The translations under genes were made by a program, and so were the position numbers. The notes under the pieces are model-generated. The model was not told the origin of the DNA. It saw only the letters and a program-made list of their open reading frames with translations, and did no database searches. Below are positions 37,030 through 50,875 of a stretch of 64,000 bases of DNA, piece after piece; positions within the stretch are counted from its first letter, which is position 1, and every line of letters begins with the position of its first letter. This DNA is from Octopus sinensis (taxonomy: Eukaryota), in assembly GCF_006345805.1 (NCBI RefSeq), contig NC_042997.1, positions 200,880,001 to 200,944,000 of the forward strand, written 5' to 3'.

Positions 37030-38130
37030 ATGTATGTATGCATGTATGTATGTATGTATGTATGTATGTATGTATGTATGTATGTATGTGTGTATGTATG
37101 TATGTATGTATGTATGTATGTATGTGTGTGTATGTATGTATGTATGTATGTATGTATGTATGTATGTATGTATGTATGTATGTATGTATGTATGTATGTA
37201 TGTATGTATGTATGTATGTATGTGTGTGTATGTATGTATGTGTGTGTATGTATGTATGTATGTATGTATGTATGTATGTGTGTGTTGTATGTATGTATGT
37301 ATGTATGTATGTATGTATGTGTGTATGTATGTATGTATGTATGTATGTATGTATGTATGTATGTATGTATGTATGTGTGTGTATGTATGTATGTGTGTGT
37401 ATGTATGTATGTATGTATGTATGTATGTATGTGTGTGTATGTATGTATGTATGTATGTGTGTGTATGTATGTATGTATGTATGTGTGTGTATGTATGTAT
37501 GTATGTGTGTGTGTGTATGTATGTATGTATGTATGTATGTGTGTGTATGTATGTATGTATGTGTGTGTATGTATTTATGTATGTATGTATGTATATATGT
37601 ATATGTGTATGTGTGTATGTATGTACATGTATATGTATGCATGTGTATGTATGCATGTATGTGTGTGTACGTGTCTATGTGTGTACGTGTGTATGTATGT
37701 GTATGTGTATTTATGTGTGTATGTATGTATGTATGTATGTACGTATGTATGTATGTGTCTGTATATGTATGTGTGTATGTATGCCTGTATGTGTGTGTAT
37801 GAATGTATGTATGTGTATGTATGTATGTATGTATGCACGTATGTGTGTATTCATGTGCATGTATACATGTATGTGTGTGTATGTATGTATGTATATATAT
37901 ATATATACATATATATGTATGCACGTATGTGTGTATGTATGTGTGTATTCATGTATTTGTATATGTATGTACCTGTGTGTGTGTGCGTATTTGTGTGTAT
38001 GTATGTGTATATATGAATGTATGTGTGTGTATATATGTATGTGTCTGTGTATGTATGCATATATATGTGTGTATTTATGTGTGTATATGTATATATATAT
38101 ATATGTATGAGTGTATGTATGTATCTGTGG
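37030..38130. repeat. (TATG)n/(TG)n microsatellite block
   Basis: Directly visible; source of the 230-360 aa pseudo-ORFs. Confidence 0.97.
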
Positions 38131-38454
38131 GTGTATTTATGCATGTACGGTTAAGATGTTATTGTAAACACAGTCTGGCAGTAAGGAACCTTATACAAGT
38201 GTCTTCCACTGTAGACTTATGTCACCAAATAAGCACACATGTAGAGACACCACTAACATGCGTATATACATGAAAGAGGGATTGGCAAAGCAATTTGGTT
38301 CAAAAGACCAGTTCGTAACCTCTTACTTCTGAGTTCAATTCTACTCTGTGGCACCCTGGTCAAGGTATCTTCCACTGTTGTGGCACCCTGGTCAAGGTAT
38401 CTTCCACTCAAGCATTAAGTTATGATACAAGTAACTTACAAAGAGACACAAAAG

Positions 38455-38985
38455 CATACGTACACACATACACGCATACATATGTACACACATACATACA
38501 TACATACATACATACATACATACACACACATGCACACATACACACACATACATATACACATACATAGGTACATACATAAATACATACATACATACACACA
38601 TACACACATACATACACTCATGCACACACATACATACATACATGCAGACATACATACGTACATACACACATACACACATACAGACATACATACACACATA
38701 CACACATACATACACACACATACATACATACATACACACATGCACACACATACATACACACGTACGCACACATACATACACACATACATACATACATACA
38801 CACACATACATACACACACATACAATACACACACATACATACATTCATATATACATACATACACACATATACACATACACACATACATACACACATGCAT
38901 ACACACATACATACATATGTACACATACACACATACATACACACATATATACACACATACACACACTTACATACATACATACAAT
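38455..38985. repeat. (CATA)n/(CA)n microsatellite block
   Basis: Directly visible. Confidence 0.97.
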
Positions 38986-38989
38986 ACCG

Positions 38990-39170
38990 GAACAGGAAAT
39001 ATCAATCAAGTACCTGATGCACAAAAGGATAGAAATACAAGAAAAGCAGTAAAATGTGACAACCAATGCAGACTTTGTGGTGTTAACACCAAAGATATCA
39101 CCTACATCATAAGCAATTGTCCAAAAGTGTCATCACAGTATTATCTACCAATGAGACATGAAATCCATGT
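38990..39170 (+). pseudogene. R4/Dong-like CCHC zinc-knuckle fragment
   Basis: QCRLCGVNTKDITYIISNCPKVSSQYYLPMRH matches CRxC...ETxxHIxSGC...YxxRH, with His replaced by Tyr. Confidence 0.75.
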
Positions 39171-40119
39171 ATTTAGTATATAATGAAATCCATGTATTTA
39201 GTATATATTCAAATATTTATTTACTACACCTTTTATTGATTTATTGATTTGCTTGACTATAGGCGGTGCTCCAGCATGGCCAAAGTCAAAATGACTGAAA
39301 CAAGTAAAAGAATAAATAAATAGTTATAAATACACCAACTCAATCCACAGTCTTCCCTAACCAGACTATTGTGTGCATGTGTTTCAGGGTTGTTATCTCT
39401 TCTTCAGCAACAGATGCCAAAAAAGCTGATGTTATATGCTAACCCAAGAGACAGATCCCTCTTATGATATTCCCCTCAGCATTCATGAGTGGTTGTGCTG
39501 TTCAGTGTGACTTGCCAAGTACAAAATACAGCTTGACAGTACTAAGCAGTGATGTGTAGAATCACAAGTTTGTTACCAGTTCAAATATGCTTGAGGCATG
39601 TTCAAACTCATATGAAAGGCATTCACTGTATTCAGTTATGGAGAATGACAAAATACAAATGTCATGCACTTTGACTGCAACTAAAACCAAAAGTGGGGAA
39701 ACAGCTACAGAATGACATGACAATCTGCATAATTTTTCTCAAGGCTAGGTGCAACAGGAAAACCCCTATGTAACAAGGTGTGCTAGGAAACCCCATTTGA
39801 GGGGTTTTTTTGTCTTGCAAGTTACTTGATGACTCTGTCTGTGTTGGTGCCACATAAAATGCACCGGTGCTGGTGCTATGTAAAAGGCACTGATGAAGGT
39901 TCCACCAAAAGAACTGGCACTGGTGCCATGTTAAAAGCTCCAGTGATGGTTCCACATAAAAGGCACTTAGTACACTCTGTGAAGAGGCTGGAATTAGGGG
40001 AGGGCATCCCCCAGCTGTAGAAACCATGCCAGGACAGACGATGGAACATGGTGCAGCTCTCCAGCCTAGCCAACCACTGTCAAAACATCCAACCAATACA
40101 ATTATAGAAAACTGACGCT

Positions 40120-40530
40120 AAATGATGATGATGCTGGTGATGATGATGATTATGATGATGACAATGACGATGACGATGATGATGGTGATGATGATGATGA
40201 TGAGGATGATGATGACAAAGATGATGATGATGACAATGACGATGACGATGATGATGGTGATGATGATGATGAGGATGAAGATGACAAAGATGATGATGAT
40301 GACAATGACGATGACGATGATGATGGTGATGATGAGGATGATGAGGATGATGATGACAAAGATGATGATGATGACAATGACGATGACGATGATGATGGTG
40401 ATGATGAGGATGATGAGGATGATGATGACAAAGATGATGATGATGACAACGACGATGATGAGGATGTTGACAATGATGATAATGATGATGATGACGATGT
40501 GAATGGTGATGATGATGATGATGATGATGA
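40120..40530. repeat. (GAT)n with a higher-order repeat of about 57-60 bp
   Basis: gacaatgacgatgacgatgatgatggtg...gacaaag recurs. Confidence 0.92.
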
Positions 40531-40899
40531 TATGTTTGATGACATATTTCGAAATGGGAATGAGTTGACTAAATGAGAATCAAATCAAAAGATCTGCTTC
40601 AATGGCAAATCTAATATAAGAGAGGTGGTTGTAACTGTGGACATAGTAATAATCATATTTGATATAATTATTGTTGTTGTTGTTGTGAGAAATGAGAAAT
40701 GGCGGTGGTAGTAGGGATGGTTGTGGTGGTTGTGGTGGTGGTGGTGGTGGTGACGTCATGATTAGCAGGAGAAAGGAGAAAAAGAGGAAGGAAGAAAACA
40801 AATTAGTACCAAGAGGAAAGTAAGATGTTTCAGTAATTACAGACGACTAATGTAAAGTGTCAGAGTGATGGGAAATCTGTGGTTGATGGTGATAAATCA

Positions 40900-41320
40900 T
40901 CCATCATCACCACCGCATCTTCATCGTCATCATCGCTATCGTCATCGTCATCATCATTATCATCATCGTCATCATCGTCATCGCTGCCATCATCACCACC
41001 ACCACAACCATCATCATATCTTCATCACTATCATCATCATCATCACCACCATCATCATCATCATCATCACCACCACCACCATCATCATCATCACCATCAT
41101 CATCATCATACTGCTATCATCACCATCATCATCATCATATCTTCATCACCATCATCATCATCATATCTTCATCACCATCATCATCATCATATCTTCATCA
41201 CCATCATCATCATCATCATCATAATCAAGATCACAGGGATGATCATGATGATGATGATTGTAATGATGATGATGATCATCATCATCCTCATCACCACCAC
41301 CACCACCATTTTTTTTTCCT
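40900..41320. repeat. (CAT/CAC)n microsatellite
   Basis: Directly visible. Confidence 0.93.
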
Positions 41321-41690
41321 TTAACATCAATTTTTCCATATTGTCGTATATTAATTAGACAGGTCTGTCACGCAGCATAACATTTTAATCATCCTAGTCT
41401 TTCATCTCAAAGAATCAGTCTCCTGAGGTCTGAACTCACCATTTATTCCCATTCACTGACAGAACATACAGCACTTTTCAGCCATTCTCATCTCATCTTC
41501 GTACCAGCACATTTGTCTTTCATTCTCAGGCTGTCTAACGCCATGTACCAACACCCAGTTCCCTCCACTTCTAGTTTATAGTCTTCCTTTCATTGCTACA
41601 CATTGAACAGGTTGTGTCTATTCTAAGCCTGTCTAGCTTCCACAGATATTCCACATTTAGTAGGCGTGTCTGTCTAACACGTGGTGCCAC

Positions 41691-42544
41691 CACTGCTGGA
41701 TTAACCATTATGCAAAATAAGCCCGTGTTTAGGGCATTGAGGGAAGGAAGGGACACCGCAGAAAGGGTAAATGGTTTATGGTACAAAAGAAATCACTTTA
41801 AACTTGCTAAAATAATATTCGGGATAGGCAGTAAGCTGGCAGAAATGTTAACACACTGGGTGAAATGCTTAGCAGTATTTCGTCTGTGATTACGTTCTGA
41901 GTTCAAATTCCGCCAAGGTTGACTTTGCCTTTCGGGGTCGATAAATTAAGTACCAGTTACGTACTGGGGTTGATATAATCGACTTAATCCGTTTGTCCTC
42001 TCTATGTTTAGCCCCTTGTAGGCAATAAAGAAATAAGAAATGTTAACACACTGGGTGAAATGCTTAGCAGTATTTCGTCTGTCTTTACATTCTGAGTTCA
42101 AATTCCACCAAGGTTGACTTTGCCTTTCATCCTTTCGGGGTCGATAAATTAAGTAACAGTTGCATACTGGGGTCGATCTAATTGACTGGCCCACTCCCCC
42201 GAAATTTCGGACCTTGTACCTTGAGTAGCAAAAAAGAATAATAATATTTGGGATGCCTTTATCTCTACTAAGTATAGATGCAGATGTGTTACCTAAGATT
42301 AATTTTGAGGATCTGACCAAAGACTTTACAATTCAAAAAATTAGGAGGAAACTTTTCAAATATAAATAAAGTGGAAGTATACAAAAATGAACATTATTTA
42401 CCCTCTAATTTTTTTGTTTTGTTTTGAAAAATAAAAATTTATTTTATGGTTTGTTATTGCTTATATTTTGAATTACATAATCTTTTATGGGGCACTAAAA
42501 TCTTTTAAGTGCTGAGGGCCTCGATGGGACTTAATCCAGCCCTG
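41691..42544. mobile_element. Probable non-autonomous DNA transposon (hAT-like 14-bp TIRs) with nested family B SINEs
   Basis: cactgctggattaa ... ttaatccagccctg (12/14 match). A second copy of the left part starts at 42615. No clear TSD. Confidence 0.45.
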
Positions 42545-44809
42545 ACCCCAGGCTACTAATTTACACACACATACACAGATCAGTGACACTTTTCTTGTCC
42601 TTCCCCTCTCCTTTCAGTGCTGGATTAACCATTAAGCCAAAAAGCATGTGTAGGGCATCAAAGGGAAGTAGGGCACCACAGAAATGGTAAATTGTCTGCA
42701 GCACAAAAGAAAATCACTTTATACTTGCTAAAATAATATTCAAAGTGGTTTATAAGATCAGGAATATAATTTCAAAGTGTTCGTGGTGTCATGGGGAGGA
42801 TCTGATCAAAGGATTTGCAATTAAAAGAAGACTTCTCAAATATAAATAAAATGGAATATACAAAAATAAACTTAATTTCCCATCTTATTGTTATTCTTTT
42901 ATTCTATTACTTCTTTCAGTCAGTTGACTGCAGCCATGCTGGAGTACCACCTTTAGTTGAACAAATCAATCCCAGGGCTTATTCTTTGTAAGCCAACAAT
43001 GTATTAACGTTAGCAAGCCGGGCGAAATGCGTAGCCGTATTTCGTCTGCCGTTACGTTCTGGGTTCAAATTCCGTCGAGGTCGACTTTGCCTTTCATCCT
43101 TTCGTGGTTGATAAATTAAGTACCAGTTACGCACTGGGGTCGATGTAATTGACTTAATCCCTTTGTCTGTCCTTGTTTGTCTCCTCTGTGTTTAGCCCCT
43201 TGTGGATAGTAAAGAATATATTAGTCTCTTTTGTTGAACCGCTAAGTTACGGGGATGTAAACATACCAACATCAGTTTTCCAGCAATGGTGGGGTAACAA
43301 ACACAGACACACATATATATACATACATATATATAATACATTAAAGGTCAGTTTCAATCTTGCTTGCTTGCTTGCATGTAATGTCACTCAGTGAAACTGG
43401 CGCATAATGGCAAAATACCATGAATTAAGTTTACCCTGAAATGTTAATACGAATTGAATGAAACAAGTTGCGCATGAATTGGTAAAGTAGATTTCAAGAT
43501 GATGGAGATTTTCAGGTTATAAATACCCAAAATGGTGTATAATGGGAAAATGTTCTGAAAACAACCTTCATCCTGAAAGGGAAGAAACTCTTATCTTTCT
43601 ATTAAACAGAGAGTTGACAACAGAAAAGAAAAAGATTGTTTTTCTACAATTTATATGCACACACCCACACACGCACTAAAAAGGTTCATACACACATCTA
43701 TATACGCACATGCACAAGAAAAAAAAAACAGGGCTAAAAGCAAAATACAGAAAAATGTGTAAAAAAGGTATAAGCACCGCCTTTAGTCGAGCAAATCTTT
43801 GTAAGCCTAGTACTTATTCTATTGGTCTCTTTTGCCAAACTGCTAAGTTACAGTGACATAAACACACCAGCACCGGTTGTCAAGTGAAGCTGGAAGGACA
43901 AACACAGACACACACACACATACACACATATATATACATATATACAATGGGCTTCTTTCAGTTTCTGTCTACCAAATCCACTCACAAGGCTTTGGTCAGC
44001 CTTAGGCTATAATAGAAGACACTTGACCAAGGTGCTACGCAGTGGGACTGAACCCGGAAGTATGTGGTTCGTAAGCAAGCTACTTACCACACAGCCACTC
44101 CTACTCCTATGTTTGAAAAAGAAGTAAAATTTATTGTTGTATTTCGGGATGTTGTATTCCCTTTTTTTTGCACACATAAACACATAAACACACGCATCAT
44201 ATATATTTTTTCCTTCACTCATTTATTGCTGTTTGTAGTTTATTAACTCATGTCCACTGTCCGGAAATCTTTCGTCACACATCTGTGACCTACTCAGCGA
44301 CACTTCTCATTTTCGCGTGTGTTCTTGCTCCACTTACTCCATTCTTCTAAGATGTGTATCCTTATGTGCACATGGATTTCTGTCCTTGTTTGTGTGTGAG
44401 TGTATACATATAGGTGTAGGAGTGGCTGTGTGGTAAGTAGCTTGCTTACTAACCACATGGTTCCGGGTTCAGTCCGACTGCATGGCACCTCGGGCAAGTG
44501 TCTTCTGCTATAGCCTCGGGTTGACCAAAGCCTTGTTAATAGATTTGGTAGACGGAAACTGAAAGAAGCCTGTTGTATATATACATATATATATATATGT
44601 ACGTGTGTGTTTGTGTGTCTGTGTCTGTCCCCCCAATATCGCTTGACAACTGATGCTGGTGTGTTTACATCACCATAACTTAGCGTTATGGCAAAAGAGA
44701 CCAATAGAATTAGTACTAGGCTTACAAAGAATAAGTCCTGGAGTTGATTTGCTTGACTAAAGGCTGTGCTCCAGCATGGCCATAGTGAAATGACTGAAAC
44801 AAGTAAAAA

Positions 44810-45505
44810 AAAGCATGTGTGTGCATGCATGTGTATGTGTGTGTGTATGCTTGTGTGTGTGTGTGTGTATGCTTGTGTGTGTGTGTGTGTATGCTTGTGT
44901 TGTGTGTGTGTATGCTTGTGTGTGTGTGTGTGTATGCTTGTGTGTGTGTGTGTGTGTATGCTTGTGTGTGTGTGTGTGCATGCATGTGTATGTGTGTGTG
45001 TATGCTTGTGTGTGTGTGTGTGTATGCTTGTGTGTGTGTGTGTGTATGCTTGTGTATGTGTGTGTGTATGCTTGTGTATGTGTGTGTGTATGCTTGTGTG
45101 TGTGTGTGTGTATGCTTGTGTGTGTGTGTGTGTATGCTTGTGTATGTGTGTGTGCATGCATGTGTATGTGTGTGTGTGTATGCTTGTGTGTGTGTGTGTG
45201 TATGCTTGTGTGTGTGTGTGTGTATGCTTGTGTATGTGTGTGTGTATGCTGTGTGTGTGTGTGTGTATGCTTGTGTGTGTGTGTGTGTATGCTTGTGTGT
45301 GTGTGTGTGTATGCTTGTGTGTGTGTGTGTATGCTTGTGTATGTGTGTGTGTATGCTTGTGTGTGTGTGTGTGTATGCTTGTGTATGTGTGTGTGTATGC
45401 TTGTGTGTGTGTGTGTGTATGCTTGTGTGTGTGTGTGTGTGTATGCTTGTGTGTGTGTGTGTGTATGCTTGTGTGTGTGTGTGTGTATGCTTGTGTGTGT
45501 GTGTC
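44810..45505. repeat. Compound (GT)n-ATGCTT minisatellite
   Basis: Directly visible. Confidence 0.96.
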
Positions 45506-46039
45506 ATAGCTTTTAGCTGCAGTGTGGCCTTCTCCTCAGCCCCATCCTCTCACCCCATTGTGCTACTGTTGTCCTTGTATTCCTGTGTATGTGTGTTCAC
45601 CCACGATGTAGCCATTGTAGTAGTTGTTGTTGCTATTGCCATCATTGTCATGGCTGCTGCTGCCGCTGCTGTTAATCATGCTGTTGACATTGTTACAGCC
45701 ACCATGAAAATTCTTGTGTGTGTGTTTGTGTGTAGGTTCTCTTCATAAGTTGTATGTATCCATGCCTTTCATATGGCTTATATACATTTATCACAGGTAT
45801 GTGACAAATATATTTATATGTTCATTTATTTATTTATTACTCTTTTACTCTTTTACTTGCTTCAGTCATTTTGACTGTGGCCATGATGGAGCGCCACCAT
45901 TTTAGTTGAGCAAATCGACCCCAGGACATATTCTTTGTAAGCCTAGTACTTATTCATAACCGCTAAGTTATGGGGATGTAAACACACCAGCATTGGTTGT
46001 CAAGCAATGTTGGAGGGACAAACAGACACACAAAAATAT

Positions 46040-46079
<40 letters not shown>

Positions 46080-46083
<4 letters not shown>

Positions 46084-46431
46084 CACAATCAAGGAACGGC
46101 CATAATAGGCCATTCACCCACTAGAAATAACAGCCAAAAAGCTTCAACCGCAAAATAACATTAATTCCGTAAACCAGGAGAAAATTAAAAAACATTTACC
46201 CTGAAATTCCTTATACGATGCACCGTTTCTTCTACTGTTTAATGGTAAACTAACCTGATTAAATTAAATCAAGCCATAGAAGAAACGGTGCATCGTATAA
46301 GGAATTTCAGGGTAAATGTTTTTTAATTTTCTCCTGGTTTACGGAATTAATGTTATTTTGCGGTTGAAGCTTTTTGGCTGTTATTTCTAGTGGGTGAATG
46401 GCCTATTATGGCCGTTCCTTGATTGTGATAT
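46080..46431. repeat. Perfect 155-bp inverted repeat with a 42-nt spacer
   Basis: 46080-46234 is the exact reverse complement of 46277-46431. Confidence 0.97.
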
Positions 46432-46526
46432 TGAACTTAAAAATGGTTTATGACTATTTAATTTTTTCCCACTAGGCCGCTGGGGGCAAAAGAATTCTAC
46501 AAAATTTTTTTGCCTCCCTATATTGA

Positions 46527-46568
<42 letters not shown>

Positions 46569-46747
46569 GCAACAGGCTTCTTTCAGTTTCCGTCTACCAA
46601 ATCCACTCACAAGGCTTTGGTCGGCCCGAGGCTATAGTAGAAGACACTTGCCCAAGGTGCCACGCAGTGGGACTGAACCCAGAACCATGTGGTTGGTAAG
46701 CAAGCTACTTACCACACAGTCACTCCTATGCCTACTATCGGGTGGGA

Positions 46748-46937
46748 AATAGGCTGAATCCTGGAAGCGCTGCAATACCAGGCCAACCTGTGGCAAAGGC
46801 GGAGCAAGCCCCTAACACTTTGCCTCGTTCTAAAAATCAGTTTAATATCGATGGCCCCGAATAGGGACCATATCAGATATTAAGCTGATAAGAACAGACA
46901 CAATACTTTGATCATATCCAAAAGGCCAAGAAGTGAT
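46748..46937 (-). ncRNA. U2: Full-length U2 snRNA copy with substitutions at functional sites (probable pseudogene or variant)
   Basis: Minus strand reads ATCACTTCTTGGCCTTTTGGATATGATCAAAGTATTGTGTCTGTTCTTATCAGCTTAATATCTGATA...GATTTTTAG...GGCTTGCTCC...CCTGGTATTGCAGCGCTTCCAGG. About 190 nt, with stems IIa, IIb, III and IV recognisable. Confidence 0.95.
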
Positions 46938-47126
46938 TATTATTATTTTTTTTTTTTATACATCTATTTCTATTTCTCAAAAGTATCACAGATAAGTGCA
47001 TATATGTCTATTGTATGTGTATTACCCTGTATGTTTCTGTGTATTATTTACAATATTGTTTCCTCTCCCTTCTCATCCCTTCTGTCTTTAGTCATGTGGT
47101 GTGGTGTTGTGGTGGGTGTTACTGTT

Positions 47127-47490
47127 TCATTTGTGTTTTCTATTGAGGTTTGGTCTGTCTACTGTTATGTGTGTAACCTCTGTAACCTCTCAAAGTGTTG
47201 TATCAGTTCTATGTGTCAATAATACTTTAACTTCTTATTAATCGAGCCTCCATGTTCTGCCGTAACATGTTGGTAGAGCACTGATAAGCTTTTCCCTTCT
47301 TTGAGCTCTTGCCAATGTCCATCTATATGCTCTCCTATGCTGTGTGAAGTCTCTCCAATGTAAATAGTTGTCATGTTTCTGCACCGTCCCTCAGTACATC
47401 ATAAGCTATACACTACATTCCAAACCTTGCAGTTAGCCTGCATGCTCATCCTACATACAACACAATTGCTCTCCATACAGGGGGCCTTAT
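47127..47490 (-). pseudogene. Penelope-like element: Cys/His linker and GIY-YIG endonuclease, decayed
   Basis: PCMESNCVVC...NCKVWNVVYSL*CTEGRCRNMTTIYIGETSHSIGEH...SVLYQHVTAEH, then (frameshift) EVTHITVDRPNLNRK. Confidence 0.85.
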
Positions 47491-48039
47491 CGAAGAGATA
47501 CATATTGAAATTTCAAAAACGATAAATGAAAACTGTAGAAGAAGAATAACACTGCAAAAAATAAAATGCCATGAAGCACCACAATAAAAATATTTTTTTC
47601 TGTTAACTCAAATAACATTGGAAAGAAATGAAGGAATTTATCTGACAGCCCAATATATTGGACCTGGTTCACAGGCATACAAAATCAATATTTGAAGAGG
47701 TAAAAGTTAAAAACTGTCTGTTGTTTGTGTCTGATGTGAGAAAATATGTTGGTTTGAACTTTTGCCAAGGAAGCTATAGATATAAGTTTTGTTAAAAACG
47801 TCTTTCTCTACAACTGTGGCATTATGCTAGGAATGTCAATTAGTGTAGCGAAAAACTGTTAAAGCATTATTGTGCAAGATGAACTTTGATAACACATATA
47901 AATCACTCTACAACAGAAATATTACTAAGTTGCTCACAATGTGGCAAGGTAAGTTTTAGAGATGTCTATGAAAAGGAAACAACAATGGACTGATGTTTCT
48001 TTTACTTTCAACTACTGATGCAAACAATTAAACATACAT

Positions 48040-48166
48040 ACACATAATACACATACATACATACATATATATATACATATACATATATATGTATGTATAC
48101 ATATATATGTTGTATATATATATATACATATATGTATATATGTATATATATTGTATATATATATAT

Positions 48167-48201
<35 letters not shown>

Positions 48202-48660
48202 TTATATATATATGTATAAATATATATGTATGTATATATATTATGTATATATATGTATATATATATATGTATATATACACATATATACATATATACGTAT
48301 ATATATGTATATATATATGTGTATATATATATATGTATATATGTATATATATATATATATAATATATATATATATATGTGTGTGTGTGTTTATATATATA
48401 TGTATAAATATATATGTATGTATATATAATATGTATATATATGTATATATATATATGTATATATACACATATATACATATATACGTATATATATGTATAT
48501 ATATATGTGTATATATATATATGTATATATATGTATATATATATATATATATATTTATATATTTGCATGCATACATATGTATACATATGTATATGTATAG
48601 ATATGTCCATTTATATACGAGTGTGTGTATGTATTTATATGTAATTTTGTACGTAAGTGT
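48040..48660. repeat. (TA)-rich microsatellite with an internal duplication of about 190 bp
   Basis: Directly visible. Confidence 0.93.
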
Positions 48661-50574
48661 GCATGTGTGTGTGTGTTCATTTTACATTGTTTTTCTCTGC
48701 TAGGTTAGATAAATTAATGACTATATTACAAAAGCATTGCTGTACAGGCTGGATGCTCTTCCTGTCGCAACTCTTACCTATTTTTCAAGGGACGGGTCTC
48801 TTATTTCACATGTCTTTGCAAGTGTGAAGCAGGTGAAGGATTCCCTTTTATTCTCTTACTTGTTTCAGTCATTTGACTGTGACCATGTCGGAGCACTGCG
48901 TTTACTCAAACAAATCAACCCCTGGACACATTCTTTGTAAGCCTAGTACTTATGCTGAACCGCTAAGTTACAGGGATGTAAACACACCAACATTAGTTGT
49001 CAAGCGATGGTGGAGGGACAAATACATACATATATATATACAACGGGCTTCTTTCAGTTTCCATCTACCAAGTCCACTCACAAGGCTTTGGGTCAACCCA
49101 ACACTATAGAAGACACTTGCTCAGTCTGACTGAGGTCTGGAGAGCCAGAGGCTGCACTAGGCTCCAATCTGTTCTGGCAAGGTTTCTACCACTGGATACC
49201 CTTCCTAACATCAACCACTCCGAGAGTAGAGTGGGTGCTTTTAATGGGCACTGGCACAAGGTTCAGTCAGGCGACACTGGCAAAGACCACACTCGAATGG
49301 TGCTTTTAACATCAAATTCCTAACCCTAACCCTGACCCATGCTAGTATGGAAAAGTGGATGTTAAATTATGATGATGAAATTTCTTCTGTATGCGACATG
49401 CTCCAGTCTTTCTCTTAAAAGTTGTATCAAAAATGTTTCTATTTTTCTTCATCATGTTCAGATCCACCAGACTCAATCATTTGCTACAATCACCTTAACA
49501 ATTGGTTTCTATCTGAATAGGATTGATGCCCTTGTGTCAGTGGCATGTAAAAAGCACCATCTGAACGTGATAGATGCCAGGCCTGGCTGACTGGCACCTG
49601 TGCTAGTGGCATGTAAAAAGCACCCACTGCACTCTCGGTGTGGTTGGTGTTATGAAGGGCACCCAGCTGTAGAAACATTACCAAATCAGATTGGAGCCTG
49701 GTCCAGCCTCTGGCTCTCCAGACCTCAGTCAAACCATCCAACCCATACCGGCATGGAAAACGGACATTTAAAGATGATGATGATGATAAATCCACTTACA
49801 CATGTTTAGTTGGCCTGTGACTATGGTAAAAAAAAAAAAAAAAAATCACTTCCCCAAGTTGCCATGTTGTGGAACTGAACCGGTAACCATGTAGTTGGGA
49901 AGCAAACTTCTTATCACAGAACCACATCTGTGCCCGTATAGAATTGCAGAAAAACTTTTTTAAAAACAAACTTACTATTTTACATAACATATAAGAACAT
50001 TTATTACAATATAATCAATATTTTGTGATAAAGAATATATAAATTAGCTCTCATCTGACTCTCTGCATTTATCTCTAATAAATGCTTACGTATTATAATG
50101 TTTATCAGGCAATATTTCTTTACAAATTCTTTTTGCATAATTCGTTGTTCGGTGGAGTTTCTTTTCTATTTTTTTGTTTCATTAATTTCGTAGAAAGAAT
50201 CTCCATTTTATCTTTACACTTATACATCTGCTTCCTGCTATCTTTCTCCGTTGTCTTTGTATTTATTCAATAAGCACTTATTCAAGATAATTCTCGTATT
50301 AACAGATAACAAATGCAAAACACTTACTTAGGTCATCACGTTATAGGTAGATTCACTCGTCTGCCGATGATTCTTAACGAATATTTCTCCAGACTAATTA
50401 TTCACTTGCCTACTCTAATTCACAATTTGATTAACACTTGTGTTTTTTTTATATTTGCCCTCATCTTGGAAATGCATTGTAACTTGTTTCAGGGCATACC
50501 TACACACATGCACACACATGCACACATGCATACATGCATGCACATACATTTGATATGTTTGTAACTACGCTCCT

Positions 50575-50790
50575 TCAAAAATCATATGTATATATATATG
50601 TGTCAGTGTGTATGTGCATGTATATATATATATATGTGTATACATATATGTGTGTGTATATATATGTATATATATATAATGTGTGTGAGTGTATATATAT
50701 ACATGTATATATATATATATGCATATATACACATATATACATGCATATGTATATATCTCTATCTATATCTCTCTATCTCCCCATCTATAT

Positions 50791-50875
<85 letters not shown>

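Noticed and set aside
36953-38966. ORFs of 150-360 aa (HTYI/VCMY-rich), and similar ones at 44294-45748, 48008-48703 and 51535-52161
   Set aside because: They are translations of stop-free microsatellites with no protein-like complexity.
47400-47420. Selenocysteine recoding of the in-frame TGA in the GIY-YIG remnant (as reported for some Penelope-like clades)
   Set aside because: The TGA is at the variable position before the conserved Cys, not in place of it. The element is also frameshifted, and CGA-to-TGA decay is simpler.
47500-47655. Possible mariner-type TIR end (tattgggctgtcagataaattcc on minus)
   Set aside because: No partner TIR or transposase sequence; single weak match from recall.
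49318-49336. (CCCTAA)n telomere-like repeat
   Set aside because: Only two to three imperfect units, inside an RTE-tail copy.
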